From: Candidatus Curtissbacteria bacterium
Lineage (GTDB): Bacteria; Patescibacteriota; Microgenomatia; Curtissbacterales; GWA2-41-24
NCBI GenBank assembly: GCA_030647775.1
Contig: JAUSJC010000005.1
Coordinates: forward strand, 3,911-67,910
Length of the DNA: 64,000 nucleotides
Direction: 5' to 3'
Made by a program: the position numbers and the translations under genes. Each line of letters starts with the position of its first letter. The first letter of the stretch is position 1. The notes beneath the pieces are model-generated. The model had not been told where the DNA came from, ran no database searches, and saw only the letters and a list, made by a program, of their open reading frames with translations. Of this stretch, positions 1 to 9,060 are shown in pieces.

Positions 1-1
1 C

Positions 2-352
2 GCAAACATCGAGACAAAGTTTGATTCCATCGCCGCCAGAGTCGAAAAGTATTACACCACCAAAGTTGTACCAAGCGGCAAAACTGTTTCAAACTACGAC
101 AGTTTAGTTGCTGCTATCGCCGCCAAAAAAACGGCAGTCCAAACTGCGCTATCCACTGCCCAAAACGACGTTAATTCTTTCAGCTGCACCAGTTCCGACC
201 CCAAAAGCCAACTGCAAACATTCAGGGTTGATATGCAAAATGTTAAAAGCGCCCTCAAGGATTACCGCACCTCAATTAAAAACCTGATCGTTGCTGTGCG
301 TTCTGTCACGGGGGCTATGGAAAGGGAAAGTACAAAATCCACAAAACCATGA
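2..352 (+). CDS. Hypothetical protein, 5'-truncated by window edge
   Basis: Open frame from base 2 to TGA 350-352 (…FSCTSSDPKSQLQTFR…LKDYRTSIKNLIVAV…); ATGA overlap with next gene. Confidence 0.75.
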   Translation, partial: ANIETKFDSIAARVEKYYTTKVVPSGKTVSNYDSLVAAIAAKKTAVQTALSTAQNDVNSFSCTSSDPKSQLQTFRVDMQNVKSALKDYRTSIKNLIVAVRSVTGAMERESTKSTKP

Positions 353-603
353 AACAAAAAGGTACCAGTTTAATATTGACAACAGTTATCGTTGGAACCA
401 TTGTAATTTTAGCTTTGGCTTTACTGCTTTTCCTAAAAGGCGGCACTACCAACACCATCCAAGAGGCTGTTACCCCTCCGAATCAAGCGGAAATCCAAAA
501 TAGCAGCGATCTGGATGCCTCCGCCAGCGATCTGGACATAACAAACATCGATAGCATGGACAACGATTTAAACCTAATCGGCCAGGACGCCTCGACTTTC
601 TAA
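349..603 (+). CDS. Small membrane-anchored protein
   Basis: KQKG followed by a hydrophobic helix and an acidic tail. Confidence 0.7.
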   Translation: MKQKGTSLILTTVIVGTIVILALALLLFLKGGTTNTIQEAVTPPNQAEIQNSSDLDASASDLDITNIDSMDNDLNLIGQDASTF

Positions 604-683
604 AACGCACGGCCAAAACCGCCAGTCCGCATTATTAAAGTGTATTAATGTCCGCGATCTGCTAAACTGGCGTTATCTAACTT

Positions 684-1025
684 ATGTTATCTATTCTTTT
701 GACGCTCATCCTAGCATTTGCAATTTCTTTCATTTTTACCATGGACGCCAGCCCGGCAACTTTGTACGTGGGAACCACAACCATAGCCGATGTACCCCTG
801 TTTTATATTGTCTTTGCGTCAATTATCATTGGCGTTCTCTTAGCCAGCGTAACCACGATAATAAATTTAATTAAATCCAAACTGACTATTTTTGGCAAAA
901 ACAAAGATCTCAAAAAATCCTATCAAACACAAGACAAGCAGCTGGAAAAAATTGATAAGTTAGAAGAAGAAAAAGTGACTCTCAAAGAGAAAGCAAAAGA
1001 ACTCCGATCCCAAAGTACACAATAA
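684..1025 (+). CDS. LapA-like (DUF1049-like) membrane protein
   Basis: Two TM segments with PL motif, then a coiled coil. Confidence 0.65.
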   Translation: MLSILLTLILAFAISFIFTMDASPATLYVGTTTIADVPLFYIVFASIIIGVLLASVTTIINLIKSKLTIFGKNKDLKKSYQTQDKQLEKIDKLEEEKVTLKEKAKELRSQSTQ

Positions 1026-1053
1026 TTAACAGTCAGCCAAAAATTACTTGCAA

Positions 1054-1074
1054 TCACTTGTTCCCGCTATGAAA
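1054..1074 (-). pseudogene. Recoded ghost of xer 3' end (FHSGNK*)
   Basis: Minus strand TTT CAT AGC GGG AAC AAG TGA encodes the same peptide as the xer terminus at 1786-1806. Confidence 0.8.
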
Positions 1075-1157
1075 CGCCGATCTTAATATTCTTATTTTTG
1101 TACATTCGTATCTTTATTACAACTCTTTATTACAACTAAAACTTTTATTCTATTTTC

Positions 1158-1183
1158 TTTTCGATTATTCGAATAATCGAAAA
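1158..1183. promoter_or_regulatory. Perfect 26-bp palindrome downstream of TrpR-like gene 1
   Basis: TTTTCGATTATTCGAATAATCGAAAA abuts the stop codon. Confidence 0.75.
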
Positions 1184-1642
1184 TTACAAAGCTTCAAGTT
1201 GTCTTTTTCGTCTAGCAATAACCTTACTGGCCTGACTCTTCCTCTGCCAAGCACTAGAACCGTACATTTTCTGCGGCGAAAGCTGGATCAAAAGTTCCTC
1301 GAGGTTATTCCAAAACTTCTGGTTTTTCTCTTGGGCAAGAACGTGTTTAATTGCTTTCTGGTAACCTTGCGCTCCGGTTGAAATTTGTCTATGCACCATA
1401 CCAACAGTCGACTTAGAAACTTTTAACGTTTCATCTATCTCTTCATAATTAAATCCGCGGGCAAGAAGAACAGCAATCGCAAGTCTTTTGGAAAGCATCA
1501 CTTGTTCAGTATTAGAAAGCAGACTTTGCAGAAATTCTTTTATCCCAAGAGGGGTCTTAAGAGTAGCCAAGTAATCCCGAAATATCTCAAAAATCCGTTC
1601 TTCGATCTGGGGATTTATCTTCCTTTTTGACACTCGTCCCAT
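1184..1642 (-). CDS. TrpR-like (YerC/YecD-type) HTH protein 1
   Basis: LLSNTEQVMLSKRLAIAVLLARGFNYEEIDETLKVSKSTV; start moved to ATG 1642. Confidence 0.8.
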   Translation of the reverse strand: MGRVSKRKINPQIEERIFEIFRDYLATLKTPLGIKEFLQSLLSNTEQVMLSKRLAIAVLLARGFNYEEIDETLKVSKSTVGMVHRQISTGAQGYQKAIKHVLAQEKNQKFWNNLEELLIQLSPQKMYGSSAWQRKSQASKVIARRKRQLEAL

Positions 1643-1645
1643 CCT

Positions 1646-1680
1646 ATACCAATTATTCGAATAATCGAACAAAATGTCAA
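1646..1680 (-). promoter_or_regulatory. Promoter with upstream palindrome copy for TrpR-like gene 1
   Basis: 1646-1671 matches the downstream palindrome at 21/26; TTGACA on - strand at 1680-1675. Confidence 0.7.
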
Positions 1681-1736
1681 TTAATCAATAGCACTATTTC
1701 AAAAATTATTTATTTCCAGAATGAAAAGCCTTGTAC

Positions 1737-1785
1737 GCCCTTCGACTTCACTTCGCATTCGCTCAGTGTGAACGCTCAGGGTAAA
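1737..1785. repeat. Nested REP-like palindrome (CCCTTCGACTTC…CGCTCAGGG family)
   Basis: Same family as 7002-7025 and 23372-23397, with an internal hairpin insert. Confidence 0.6.
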
Positions 1786-2721
1786 CTATTTGTTACCGGA
1801 ATGGAAAACCTTGTGAACATTGCGTAATTGCTGATTGGTTACGTGCGTGTAAATCTGCGTCGTAGCCACGTTTTTGTGGCCCAGAAGCTCCTGAACGCTC
1901 CTAAGATCCGCCCCGTTCATCAAAAGGTCTGTGGCAAAGGAATGCCTTAAAACGTGAGGTGAAACTTTCACCGGCAGCCGGGCTTTCCTGGTATATTTAT
2001 CGACAACCCGTTGGACAGAACGGGGAGTTAAACGCATCTTCTCGCCGTTTATGGCAGGCGACTGGTTACCAGCGTAGCGGATAAAGAGGGGACTAAAATT
2101 GTCAGATCTTTTGACCAGATATTTTTCCAGCCAAATCGCCGCCCGATCCGAAATAAAAACCACCCTCGGCCGCTGACCCTTACCGATAACGCCAAACTCC
2201 TTGCGCTCCAAATTAACCTGGTCGCAGTTCAACTTACAAAGCTCCGAGACACGCAAACCTGTTGAAAAAAGCATTTCCATTAGAGCCTTATCCCGAAGTC
2301 CTCTCTCTTTGGAAACATCAGGCTGTGCTAAAAGTCTTTCCATCTGATCTCGGTCTAAAAACTTCAAACTACGACTTTCGACTTTTGGCAAATCGATTTT
2401 ATCCGGCGCCACCACTTTTAAATCCTTTCTTATCAAATACTTGAGGAATGATCTTAGCGCGATAACGTAATAATTTTGGGTGACTTTTTTAAGGGGTAAA
2501 TTACCGTTTGGGCTATTAAAATGGGCTAAATACACGCGATATTTACGGACCAAGTCAACAGTTAAATCCTCGGGGCGGGCAATGGGGGAGTTGGCGAGAG
2601 ACCACGCACAAAAAATGACAAGATAATGCCGGTAGTCACGGATCGTTAGGGGAGAGAGGTTTCTTTCAATCTCTAAATACTCCAAAAACTCATCAACAAG
2701 TGCGGGCAGATCAAATTGCAT
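1786..2721 (-). CDS. Xer-family tyrosine recombinase (XerC/D/A-like)
   Basis: TGLRVSEL, HVLRHSFAT, LGH…TTQIYTHV catalytic motifs plus N-terminal SAM-like domain. Confidence 0.93.
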   Translation of the reverse strand: MQFDLPALVDEFLEYLEIERNLSPLTIRDYRHYLVIFCAWSLANSPIARPEDLTVDLVRKYRVYLAHFNSPNGNLPLKKVTQNYYVIALRSFLKYLIRKDLKVVAPDKIDLPKVESRSLKFLDRDQMERLLAQPDVSKERGLRDKALMEMLFSTGLRVSELCKLNCDQVNLERKEFGVIGKGQRPRVVFISDRAAIWLEKYLVKRSDNFSPLFIRYAGNQSPAINGEKMRLTPRSVQRVVDKYTRKARLPVKVSPHVLRHSFATDLLMNGADLRSVQELLGHKNVATTQIYTHVTNQQLRNVHKVFHSGNK

Positions 2722-2793
2722 TTTGCGTTAGTCGTTAGCCTGCCCGTCAAAGCCTTGGCGTCGGCGGGTCTTTCGTCGTTAGGCGACCTAATT

Positions 2794-2835
2794 TTAGGCC
2801 CGCAGTCCGAAGGACGAGGACCGCATGGCACTGTA
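2794..2835 (+). mobile_element. Family A hairpin micro-element
   Basis: TTAGGCCCGCAGTCCGAAGGACGAGGACCGCATGGCACTGTA followed by TAT. Confidence 0.7.
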
Positions 2836-2956
2836 TATTGTACGACGCTTTCAGGTTTAAAATCAATAGGCGTTGAATCTAACCCCGCAATTCTGCGACA
2901 TCAAGAATATCCAATTTGACAAACAAAGTAGGAGAATAGTAAATTATAGGGCTTAA

Positions 2957-3544
2957 ATGACAACGGAAGGCCATCCACTTTATCTAACAGTTAATCATAA
3001 TCTTAGCTTCGAGGAATGGGCCCAGCTTAGGAGTTTAAGGGCAGCAAGAATAAGAACGTTCGTTGTCCCAAAACTCGACAGGGATCTTCAAAGACTTAAT
3101 AGCCCTGAGGCAACTACATTTGTACAAGAAGCAACACAAGAGCTTGAAGCAATATGCCAAACGAGATTCGTAAGCGGAGACAGGCCTTCTCCAATTCCCA
3201 TTTTTGCTATTCTCCAAGAAGACAATGGTACTCACAGATACAATCTAAATGACGGCGGGGGAGAACATAGCGAAGCAACTTTAGCCGCAGCTCAATTCTT
3301 AATTGAAGCACTCTGCCCAGAGCTCGGCTTAGACATGAACAATGATCTAGAAACATTACTCCAAAAAGCCCAAGCCGCAGAAAAGCTGGGCTACGGCGAC
3401 GCTTATAATATTGATGCTTATAATATTGATAAGGTTTCTCAACCAAATCACGTACAATTTTCGACAATTTTACCAGGAATAACAATCGGATTCAGTTTCT
3501 ATCCTTCAGGAAGATACATCTCTCTAGCGTGGGAAGTATATTAA
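2957..3544 (+). CDS. Hypothetical protein
   Basis: 195-aa ORF with own promoter-like upstream region; 15-nt tandem duplication (AYNID x2). Confidence 0.65.
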   Translation: MTTEGHPLYLTVNHNLSFEEWAQLRSLRAARIRTFVVPKLDRDLQRLNSPEATTFVQEATQELEAICQTRFVSGDRPSPIPIFAILQEDNGTHRYNLNDGGGEHSEATLAAAQFLIEALCPELGLDMNNDLETLLQKAQAAEKLGYGDAYNIDAYNIDKVSQPNHVQFSTILPGITIGFSFYPSGRYISLAWEVY

Positions 3545-3560
3545 CTGCTAAAATAACTTA

Positions 3561-4277
3561 ATGGCAGACCCTAAATACAAAAGAGTTCTTCTAAAACTTT
3601 CCGGTGAAACATTCTTAGGCAAACGCGAATATGGCATCGATCCTGAATTTTGCCAATGGCTTGCCCGCGAAATTATCAAAGCTAAAGAAAGCGGCACTCA
3701 AATTGCTATCGTTGTCGGCGGCGGCAACATTTTCCGTGGCAATTCGGCCGAGGAAAACGGACTTGAAAGAACCGTCGGCGATTATATCGGCATGCTGGCA
3801 ACTATTATGAATTCACTTGCTCTTCAAGCAGCCCTGGAGAAAGAAAACCAGCCGACACGCGTCCTTTCGGCAATCGACATCAAAGACGTTTGCGAACCGT
3901 ATGTCCGCCGCCGTGCCATCCGCCATATGGAAAAGGGAAGAGTCGTCATTTTTGCCGGCGGCACCGGCAACCCTTTCTTCACCACCGATTCGGCAGCTGC
4001 CCTGCGCGCTCTGGAGACAGAATGCGAAATAATCCTAAAAGCCACTAAAGTTGATGGCGTTTACGACAAAGACCCGCAAAAAAACCCGGGCGCCAAAAAA
4101 TTTGAGAGTTTAACATTCGCCGAAGCCATTGCCAACAAAGAAATAGAAATTATGGACAACAGCGCGCTTTCACTTTGTATGGACCACAAAATCCCCATTG
4201 TGGTTTTTGATATCGCCAAAGAAAATAATATCCAAAAAGCTGTCACCGGCGAAAAAATCGGCACCCTGATCTCGTAA
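3561..4277 (+). CDS. pyrH: UMP kinase
   Basis: YKRVLLKLSGE, VVGGGNIFRG, GTGNPFFTTDS. Confidence 0.97.
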   Translation: MADPKYKRVLLKLSGETFLGKREYGIDPEFCQWLAREIIKAKESGTQIAIVVGGGNIFRGNSAEENGLERTVGDYIGMLATIMNSLALQAALEKENQPTRVLSAIDIKDVCEPYVRRRAIRHMEKGRVVIFAGGTGNPFFTTDSAAALRALETECEIILKATKVDGVYDKDPQKNPGAKKFESLTFAEAIANKEIEIMDNSALSLCMDHKIPIVVFDIAKENNIQKAVTGEKIGTLIS

Positions 4278-4322
4278 CCCACCCCATAGTCTTTTGTTTA
4301 ATTTTTATGGTAGAATTCTCTT

Positions 4323-4742
4323 ATGAGAAAAGAAACAAAGAATGATTATGTAAGGTTTTTGCTAAATGAATACGATCTAATGGTAACCGGGCGGCCGCAG
4401 GCTTTAGCATTTAATCAAAATCGCAAAGCTCTTAATCTAAGATTAGTTGATTTTCGCCCGTTATATCTTGGGGTAAATATCTTCGCCGACATGTATGGCG
4501 ACTCTACCTTTCTCGCTCAAGCAATCCCGGTTGAAACACACATTCCCGAAGATACCGATGAAATTCCGGTTAACTCCTTGGGAATCCATGACCTTATTAG
4601 AAAACTCCGCAGTCACATTAATACTAATTATCCTGACTTTGCCAATTTACCCATCTGTGTTTACTTATCACACCGGGATTTCTTAAGACACAACCCAAGG
4701 TATGCTATTGCACCTTACCGTAGACTCCGAAAAACAGCCTAA
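4323..4742 (+). CDS. Hypothetical protein
   Basis: 139-aa ORF with TGGTAGAAT 6 nt before ATG. Confidence 0.6.
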   Translation: MRKETKNDYVRFLLNEYDLMVTGRPQALAFNQNRKALNLRLVDFRPLYLGVNIFADMYGDSTFLAQAIPVETHIPEDTDEIPVNSLGIHDLIRKLRSHINTNYPDFANLPICVYLSHRDFLRHNPRYAIAPYRRLRKTA

Positions 4743-5023
4743 AATCATCATTGTTTAAAGCTCCAAGCCCGCCAAAGGCCCCAGAACGGCTTTTTACTGT
4801 CCTAATAGGACAAACAAGTCGTTTACTACTTGCTCAATCAGCAACAAAAAGCGGCTAAAAAAATCTTTACATAACAAATGGGGGATAAATGCATCAGAAT
4901 AGTCAAAGTGCAAAGGTCAAAGTGCAAAGGTCAAAAGAGAGTATTATAACTTTAATTGAAAGTTAAAGTGGAAAATTGAAAATTTCTTATTTTTAGCTAT
5001 TCTCTCCCTCTCACGCTCACTTT

Positions 5024-5051
5024 GCGTCGCAAAAGTATCATTGTGCGACGC
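5024..5051. other. Candidate dif-like Xer recombination site
   Basis: GCGTCGCAAAA-GTATCA-TTGTGCGACGC, 11-6-11 inverted arms. Confidence 0.35.
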
Positions 5052-5300
5052 ATTACATAAATAAAGATATACCTCCTTTGGGGAGTATAAGCGGACAAAT
5101 TTCGACAATTTATAAAACCATTAACCATTAACTATTTACCATTTACTGCCCTAAAGGCCCCTTCCCCGGAAAATCTAAAAAGCCGTTCTTGCCCTTAGCA
5201 GTCTTTTCCTAGTCCCGCCAGAAGTTTTTGACTACCGACACATTGGAGAGTAAATAGGCCGATAACACTCTACTCTAAAGCGCTGTATAGCAAAAAACCG

Positions 5301-5410
5301 TTAGGCCCGCAGTCCGAGCGGAGCGAAGGACGAGGACCGCAAGACTCAACCACCATTTACATTTCTGTTCTGGTCGCTTTGGACCTGAACGAAATCATAT
5401 TGTTGAGTCT
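5301..5410 (+). mobile_element. Family A micro-element with cargo loop
   Basis: TTAGGCCCGCAG core, then AGACTCAAC…GTTGAGTCT stem, followed by TAT. Confidence 0.6.
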
Positions 5411-5691
5411 TATAATATCTATTTTCACGCTTTTCAACCCGCATATTTTCACGGAATACTATAACTCTATCAAACTATATCACCACTTACTACCACCCCA
5501 CTCTCCCACTCCTCTGCTTTTAAGAGAATTTTTTGAGGCTAATTTGAAGCTAAATCGAAGCTAACTATTAACCATTGACTATCTACTATTAACCCCCGAT
5601 ACCCACTTCCCCGAGAAAAACTATGGGCTTTATTCTTGGCTCCTTAATTGGAAATTGAAAATTTGAAATTGGAAATTCCCGCGAGCGGGGT

Positions 5692-6501
5692 CTATCCTCC
5701 CCATCTCGTGGCAAAGATAATAACCAAAAATACAATTCCGGCTACGCCAAGATGCTCCCAAACAGCCCTTGGCTTCATTTTCCCGGCAAAATCAAGCTGA
5801 GCTAAGGCCAGAAGTACGTACATAATAGTCGCCACCGCCAAAGCTTCAAAAATCGGCGCAATCGGCCAGAAAGAAAAAACCAGCGTGATCTGGAGCGTTA
5901 AATAAGTAAAAATGGCGGCATAATTAAAGACTCTTCTTGAAATAAAATCCTCAAGCTCATTTGCCCACAACCCGACTAGATAAAGCGGCAAAACGATCCC
6001 GGCTACACCCAACATCGTCCAGTAAAAAGCCAGATGCAGAGAAAATAGGACGTTAGCCAGGAAAAAAGTCGAAATCAGTGAAAATAATACGCCAACCGCG
6101 TTGGCCGCCCGAAGCAGTGCAATCGTCCTGATCGCCGCAACGTTGTAGATATTGGAAGTCAGCATTAAAAGATAAACGGAAATCCCAAATACTACCGCAA
6201 ACGGCAGACGCGTCAACCACCTGACGGGTAGCAAAAAGTAAAAAAGCGAAGCCCCGGCTACAAAATAAACCGGCAATAAGAGAAGAAGAAAGTATTTCAC
6301 CCCTGAAAGTTCACCCCAAAGGCTAAAGGCGGCCAGAAAAAGTGTGGCCAGCGCTAAAATTCCGATAATCTGGAAGCGCAACCCCTCCGGCACGGTCTGG
6401 ATTGTCACCAAAATCACCGTCAGAAAAAAAGACATCAGAATAAACTTTTGCCTTTTGGTAATTTCGTACGAAGTTACTTTTCTGAAAAAACTGCTGCCCA
6501 T
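5692..6501 (-). CDS. Polytopic membrane protein
   Basis: About 9 hydrophobic segments. Confidence 0.8.
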   Translation of the reverse strand: MGSSFFRKVTSYEITKRQKFILMSFFLTVILVTIQTVPEGLRFQIIGILALATLFLAAFSLWGELSGVKYFLLLLLPVYFVAGASLFYFLLPVRWLTRLPFAVVFGISVYLLMLTSNIYNVAAIRTIALLRAANAVGVLFSLISTFFLANVLFSLHLAFYWTMLGVAGIVLPLYLVGLWANELEDFISRRVFNYAAIFTYLTLQITLVFSFWPIAPIFEALAVATIMYVLLALAQLDFAGKMKPRAVWEHLGVAGIVFLVIIFATRWGG

Positions 6502-6524
6502 TTTAAGCGCTAAATGACGAATGA

Positions 6525-7106
6525 CTAACGCCTAACGTTTTTTGTCTTCACCTTAGTCTTTAGTCCTTCGTCGTTAGTCGCTGTTTTAATAACATGGCAA
6601 ATCGCCACAGCCAGTGCATCCGCCGCGTCGTCAATATAACCCTTCGCGGGCTTTGCCAGTTTATGTTTATGCAAATGGCGCATTACGTGCTTTTGAATCT
6701 CCTTCTTGTCTGATTTGCCGCTGCCTGTCACAGTCAGTTTGACCGAAAGCCCCTGATACTCAAATATCGGCACGCGATTGTTGTAACCGGCAATAGTTGA
6801 AAGCACTACTCCCCTTGCCTGCCCCACAGTCATTGCTGTTCTCGAGTTAATGCCAAAGAACAATTGCTCGATCGCTATACAATCCGGTTTATATCGTTTG
6901 AGAAGTACTTTTAAATCTTTGCCAATCGAAAAAAGCCTCATGGGCATCGCCTGTTCTTTGGGGGTAACAATACAGCCGTATTCGATAAGAGTTAGGCCAT
7001 TGGTCCTGAGCGAAGTCGAAGGACCGTTGTTCTTGGAACTGGGCTCTTTTTTTACCACGCCGTAACCGGTTGTCGCCGTTCCCGGATCTATACCAAAAAT
7101 TATCAT
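6525..7106 (-). CDS. ruvC: Holliday junction resolvase RuvC
   Basis: GIDPGTATTGYG, E…FFG, ARGV, DDAADALAVAICH. Confidence 0.96.
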   Translation of the reverse strand: MIIFGIDPGTATTGYGVVKKEPSSKNNGPSTSLRTNGLTLIEYGCIVTPKEQAMPMRLFSIGKDLKVLLKRYKPDCIAIEQLFFGINSRTAMTVGQARGVVLSTIAGYNNRVPIFEYQGLSVKLTVTGSGKSDKKEIQKHVMRHLHKHKLAKPAKGYIDDAADALAVAICHVIKTATNDEGLKTKVKTKNVRR

Positions 7107-7856
7107 TTAATTGTCAAAATCCCTCGGATTAGGCCCATCATATTCCACATCTTCTTCGCTGAGTCGTCTAACCGGTTTTCCCCTTGTCGCTTCCTCAACA
7201 ACATGGGCAACCAGCCCCGGAGTCCTGGCGATTATAAAAATGCCCTTCCCCACCTTAGAATCAAAACCCATTTCCAAAAGAAGCGCCGCTATAATCCCAT
7301 CAATATTGAGTGGCAAATTTTTACCCTGAGCTTGTCGAAGGGCCTCTTCGACCCCTTTTGCCAGCTCCACATACTTCCCCTCAAACCCAAACTCACGGGC
7401 CAGTTCAATTAGCCTCTCTGTCCTAGGGTCTCTCTCATACAGCTTATGGCCAAAACCCGCTACACGCTTGTCTTTTGCCTTAAAATCGGCTATCAGCGCC
7501 TCTGGGCCGCGGTCTTGGTAAGCCGCGAAGTTTTCCATTGCGGCTTCAATCGCTCCGCCGTGATATTCACCAAGCGCCAGTATCCCACCGGCCACAGCAG
7601 CCTGAACCGGACTGCCGCCTGAATAAATGTTTCTGGCCGCCACAACCGAAGCCGGCTCCACGCCGTGATCGATAGAAATCGTCAAGATTGCATCGAGCAT
7701 TTTCTCCGCTTCCGCGCCCGGCATCTCGCCCTTTAAAACTAAATAAATAGCCGCCGAAAAAGATTTCGCCCCGGCAAGTTTTGTCAGGTCGTAACCATAT
7801 ACATGGGGTTTACCTTCTACATGAGTGGTTATCGAGGTACGATACGCTTTTGGCAT
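7107..7856 (-). CDS. Citryl-CoA lyase (citrate synthase family)
   Basis: DHGVEPAS, HGGAIE, GFGH…DPR, NIDG, ARTPGLVAH. Confidence 0.88.
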   Translation of the reverse strand: MPKAYRTSITTHVEGKPHVYGYDLTKLAGAKSFSAAIYLVLKGEMPGAEAEKMLDAILTISIDHGVEPASVVAARNIYSGGSPVQAAVAGGILALGEYHGGAIEAAMENFAAYQDRGPEALIADFKAKDKRVAGFGHKLYERDPRTERLIELAREFGFEGKYVELAKGVEEALRQAQGKNLPLNIDGIIAALLLEMGFDSKVGKGIFIIARTPGLVAHVVEEATRGKPVRRLSEEDVEYDGPNPRDFDN

Positions 7857-7900
7857 AAATTAAGTATACTTGATCTTGCACTAAAGTATCATCGCCTACA

Positions 7901-8374
7901 CTATCTACCGCTGGTATATCCTAATTCTCGTAAAGCCTGCCCTAACCCAACAACGCCCCGCTTGTCAATATTATTATCTATTATGACCCTAAAAGCATCT
8001 GCCCCTGTCCGAACATCTTTTCCAATTACAACGAGATTCTTATAGTGTTCCGGTTCACCCGCCCAATCCAAGTCCCCATAAGTATCAGCAATTCCAAACC
8101 ACACTCCGTCTACTTGAATCTTTCCATAAACTGTTCTCCTATCATTATTTGGCATTATCGGGCCTTCAAGCTTTTCAAAACCCGGATAGAGCGTTTCTGG
8201 TGCGCCGATTTTTGCGCCAGTATGCTGTTTGACTAAACGTGCCAAATCCTTACCCAGCTTCCGTCTGTATTCTGCTTCATAGTTCCTTTGAGCCTCGCAG
8301 CTCCTTGCGGCCCCTTGTCTTTGAACCTCTTCTCTTCTGCGCTGATCTTCTAATGATCTTTCAATCCAGCTCAT
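7901..8374 (-). CDS. Hypothetical protein
   Basis: 157-aa ORF inside the citrate lyase cluster. Confidence 0.6.
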   Translation of the reverse strand: MSWIERSLEDQRRREEVQRQGAARSCEAQRNYEAEYRRKLGKDLARLVKQHTGAKIGAPETLYPGFEKLEGPIMPNNDRRTVYGKIQVDGVWFGIADTYGDLDWAGEPEHYKNLVVIGKDVRTGADAFRVIIDNNIDKRGVVGLGQALRELGYTSGR

Positions 8375-8451
8375 GTATATTTAACTTTCGGCCTCGCATT
8401 TTAGCAAAAAGGGGCAACCGAATCAACCCAAAGTCCGCGATCCAACAACAT

Positions 8452-8493
8452 TCAAATCGCCTTTTTAATTAAGTTCGGGATATCTTCAAAATT
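8452..8493 (-). pseudogene. Recoded ghost of sucD-like 3' end (NFEDIPNLIKKAI*)
   Basis: 32/42 nt and 11/13 aa plus stop identical to the terminus at 9061-9102 (NFEDIPALIKKSI*). Confidence 0.88.
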
Positions 8494-8504
8494 TCTATTA
8501 CTCT

Positions 8505-8530
8505 GTATCACTGATTTAAATCACTAAAAC
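8505..8530. promoter_or_regulatory. Degenerate downstream palindrome copy for TrpR-like gene 2
   Basis: Core TGATTTAAATCA; 16/26 match to 8975-9000. Confidence 0.5.
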
Positions 8531-8536
8531 AAAATT

Positions 8537-8971
8537 TTATTTCCTTGATTTCCGGCTACGGATTATCGCTTCAAGCTCCTCATCACTCTTAAATGCTCTT
8601 CGGCCGCCGCCTGTAAATCGCAAAAGCACCAGTTCCATATCGTGCCAAAACTTTTGCCAACCCTCTATTTGCTCTAACTTTTTCAGAAACAGGCGCCATC
8701 CGTCATCTTCTATGTTCGATGAAACCCTTCCTATCGTATCAACAGAAACTTTTAAAATATCCCGAATCGAACGGTAGTCATAACCCTTATAAAGCAAAAT
8801 CGCAATAGACATTCTTTTGGCAAAATTTACTTTTTCAGTTTTTGTAAAAAAGTCGCTGAAGAAGATAGAAACTTCTTTTTTCTTCTTTAAGTTAGCCATA
8901 ACTGACCAGAAAGAATCGAAAACCTTATTTTCAATCTCTTTTGTCAATTGTCTTCTAGAAACCTGACTCAT
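8537..8971 (-). CDS. TrpR-like (YerC/YecD-type) HTH protein 2
   Basis: FFTKTEKVNFAKRMSIAILLYKGYDYRSIRDILKVSVDTI. Confidence 0.8.
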   Translation of the reverse strand: MSQVSRRQLTKEIENKVFDSFWSVMANLKKKKEVSIFFSDFFTKTEKVNFAKRMSIAILLYKGYDYRSIRDILKVSVDTIGRVSSNIEDDGWRLFLKKLEQIEGWQKFWHDMELVLLRFTGGGRRAFKSDEELEAIIRSRKSRK

Positions 8972-8974
8972 TTT

Positions 8975-9023
8975 GTACCGACGATTCGAATCAACAGTAC
9001 ATTACAATCCACCTTCTTGTCAA
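8975..9023 (-). promoter_or_regulatory. Promoter with 26-bp palindrome for TrpR-like gene 2
   Basis: GTACCGACGATTCGAATCAACAGTAC 8975-9000; TTGACA-N18-TACTGT on - strand. Confidence 0.65.
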
Positions 9024-9060
9024 GACAGGACTATATAAACTTTGAGGTAAAGAAAAAGTA

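Noticed and set aside
1786-2721. Integron integrase or prophage integrase
   Set aside because: No IntI-specific insertion, attC array or phage genes are evident; it looks like the housekeeping Xer.
2794-2835. Self-cleaving ribozyme interpretation of family A
   Set aside because: No hammerhead CTGATGA/GAAA core or recognisable HDV/twister pattern; GNA triloops fit ssDNA hairpins better.
3401-3430. 15-nt tandem duplication (AYNID x2)
   Set aside because: Simple slippage duplication with no other copies.
5481-5510. MraZ-type GTGG operator, or ghost of the WGG* terminus of the 5692 gene
   Set aside because: Periodicity is imperfect and there is no mraZ nearby; the ghost reading needs a frameshift and is too short.
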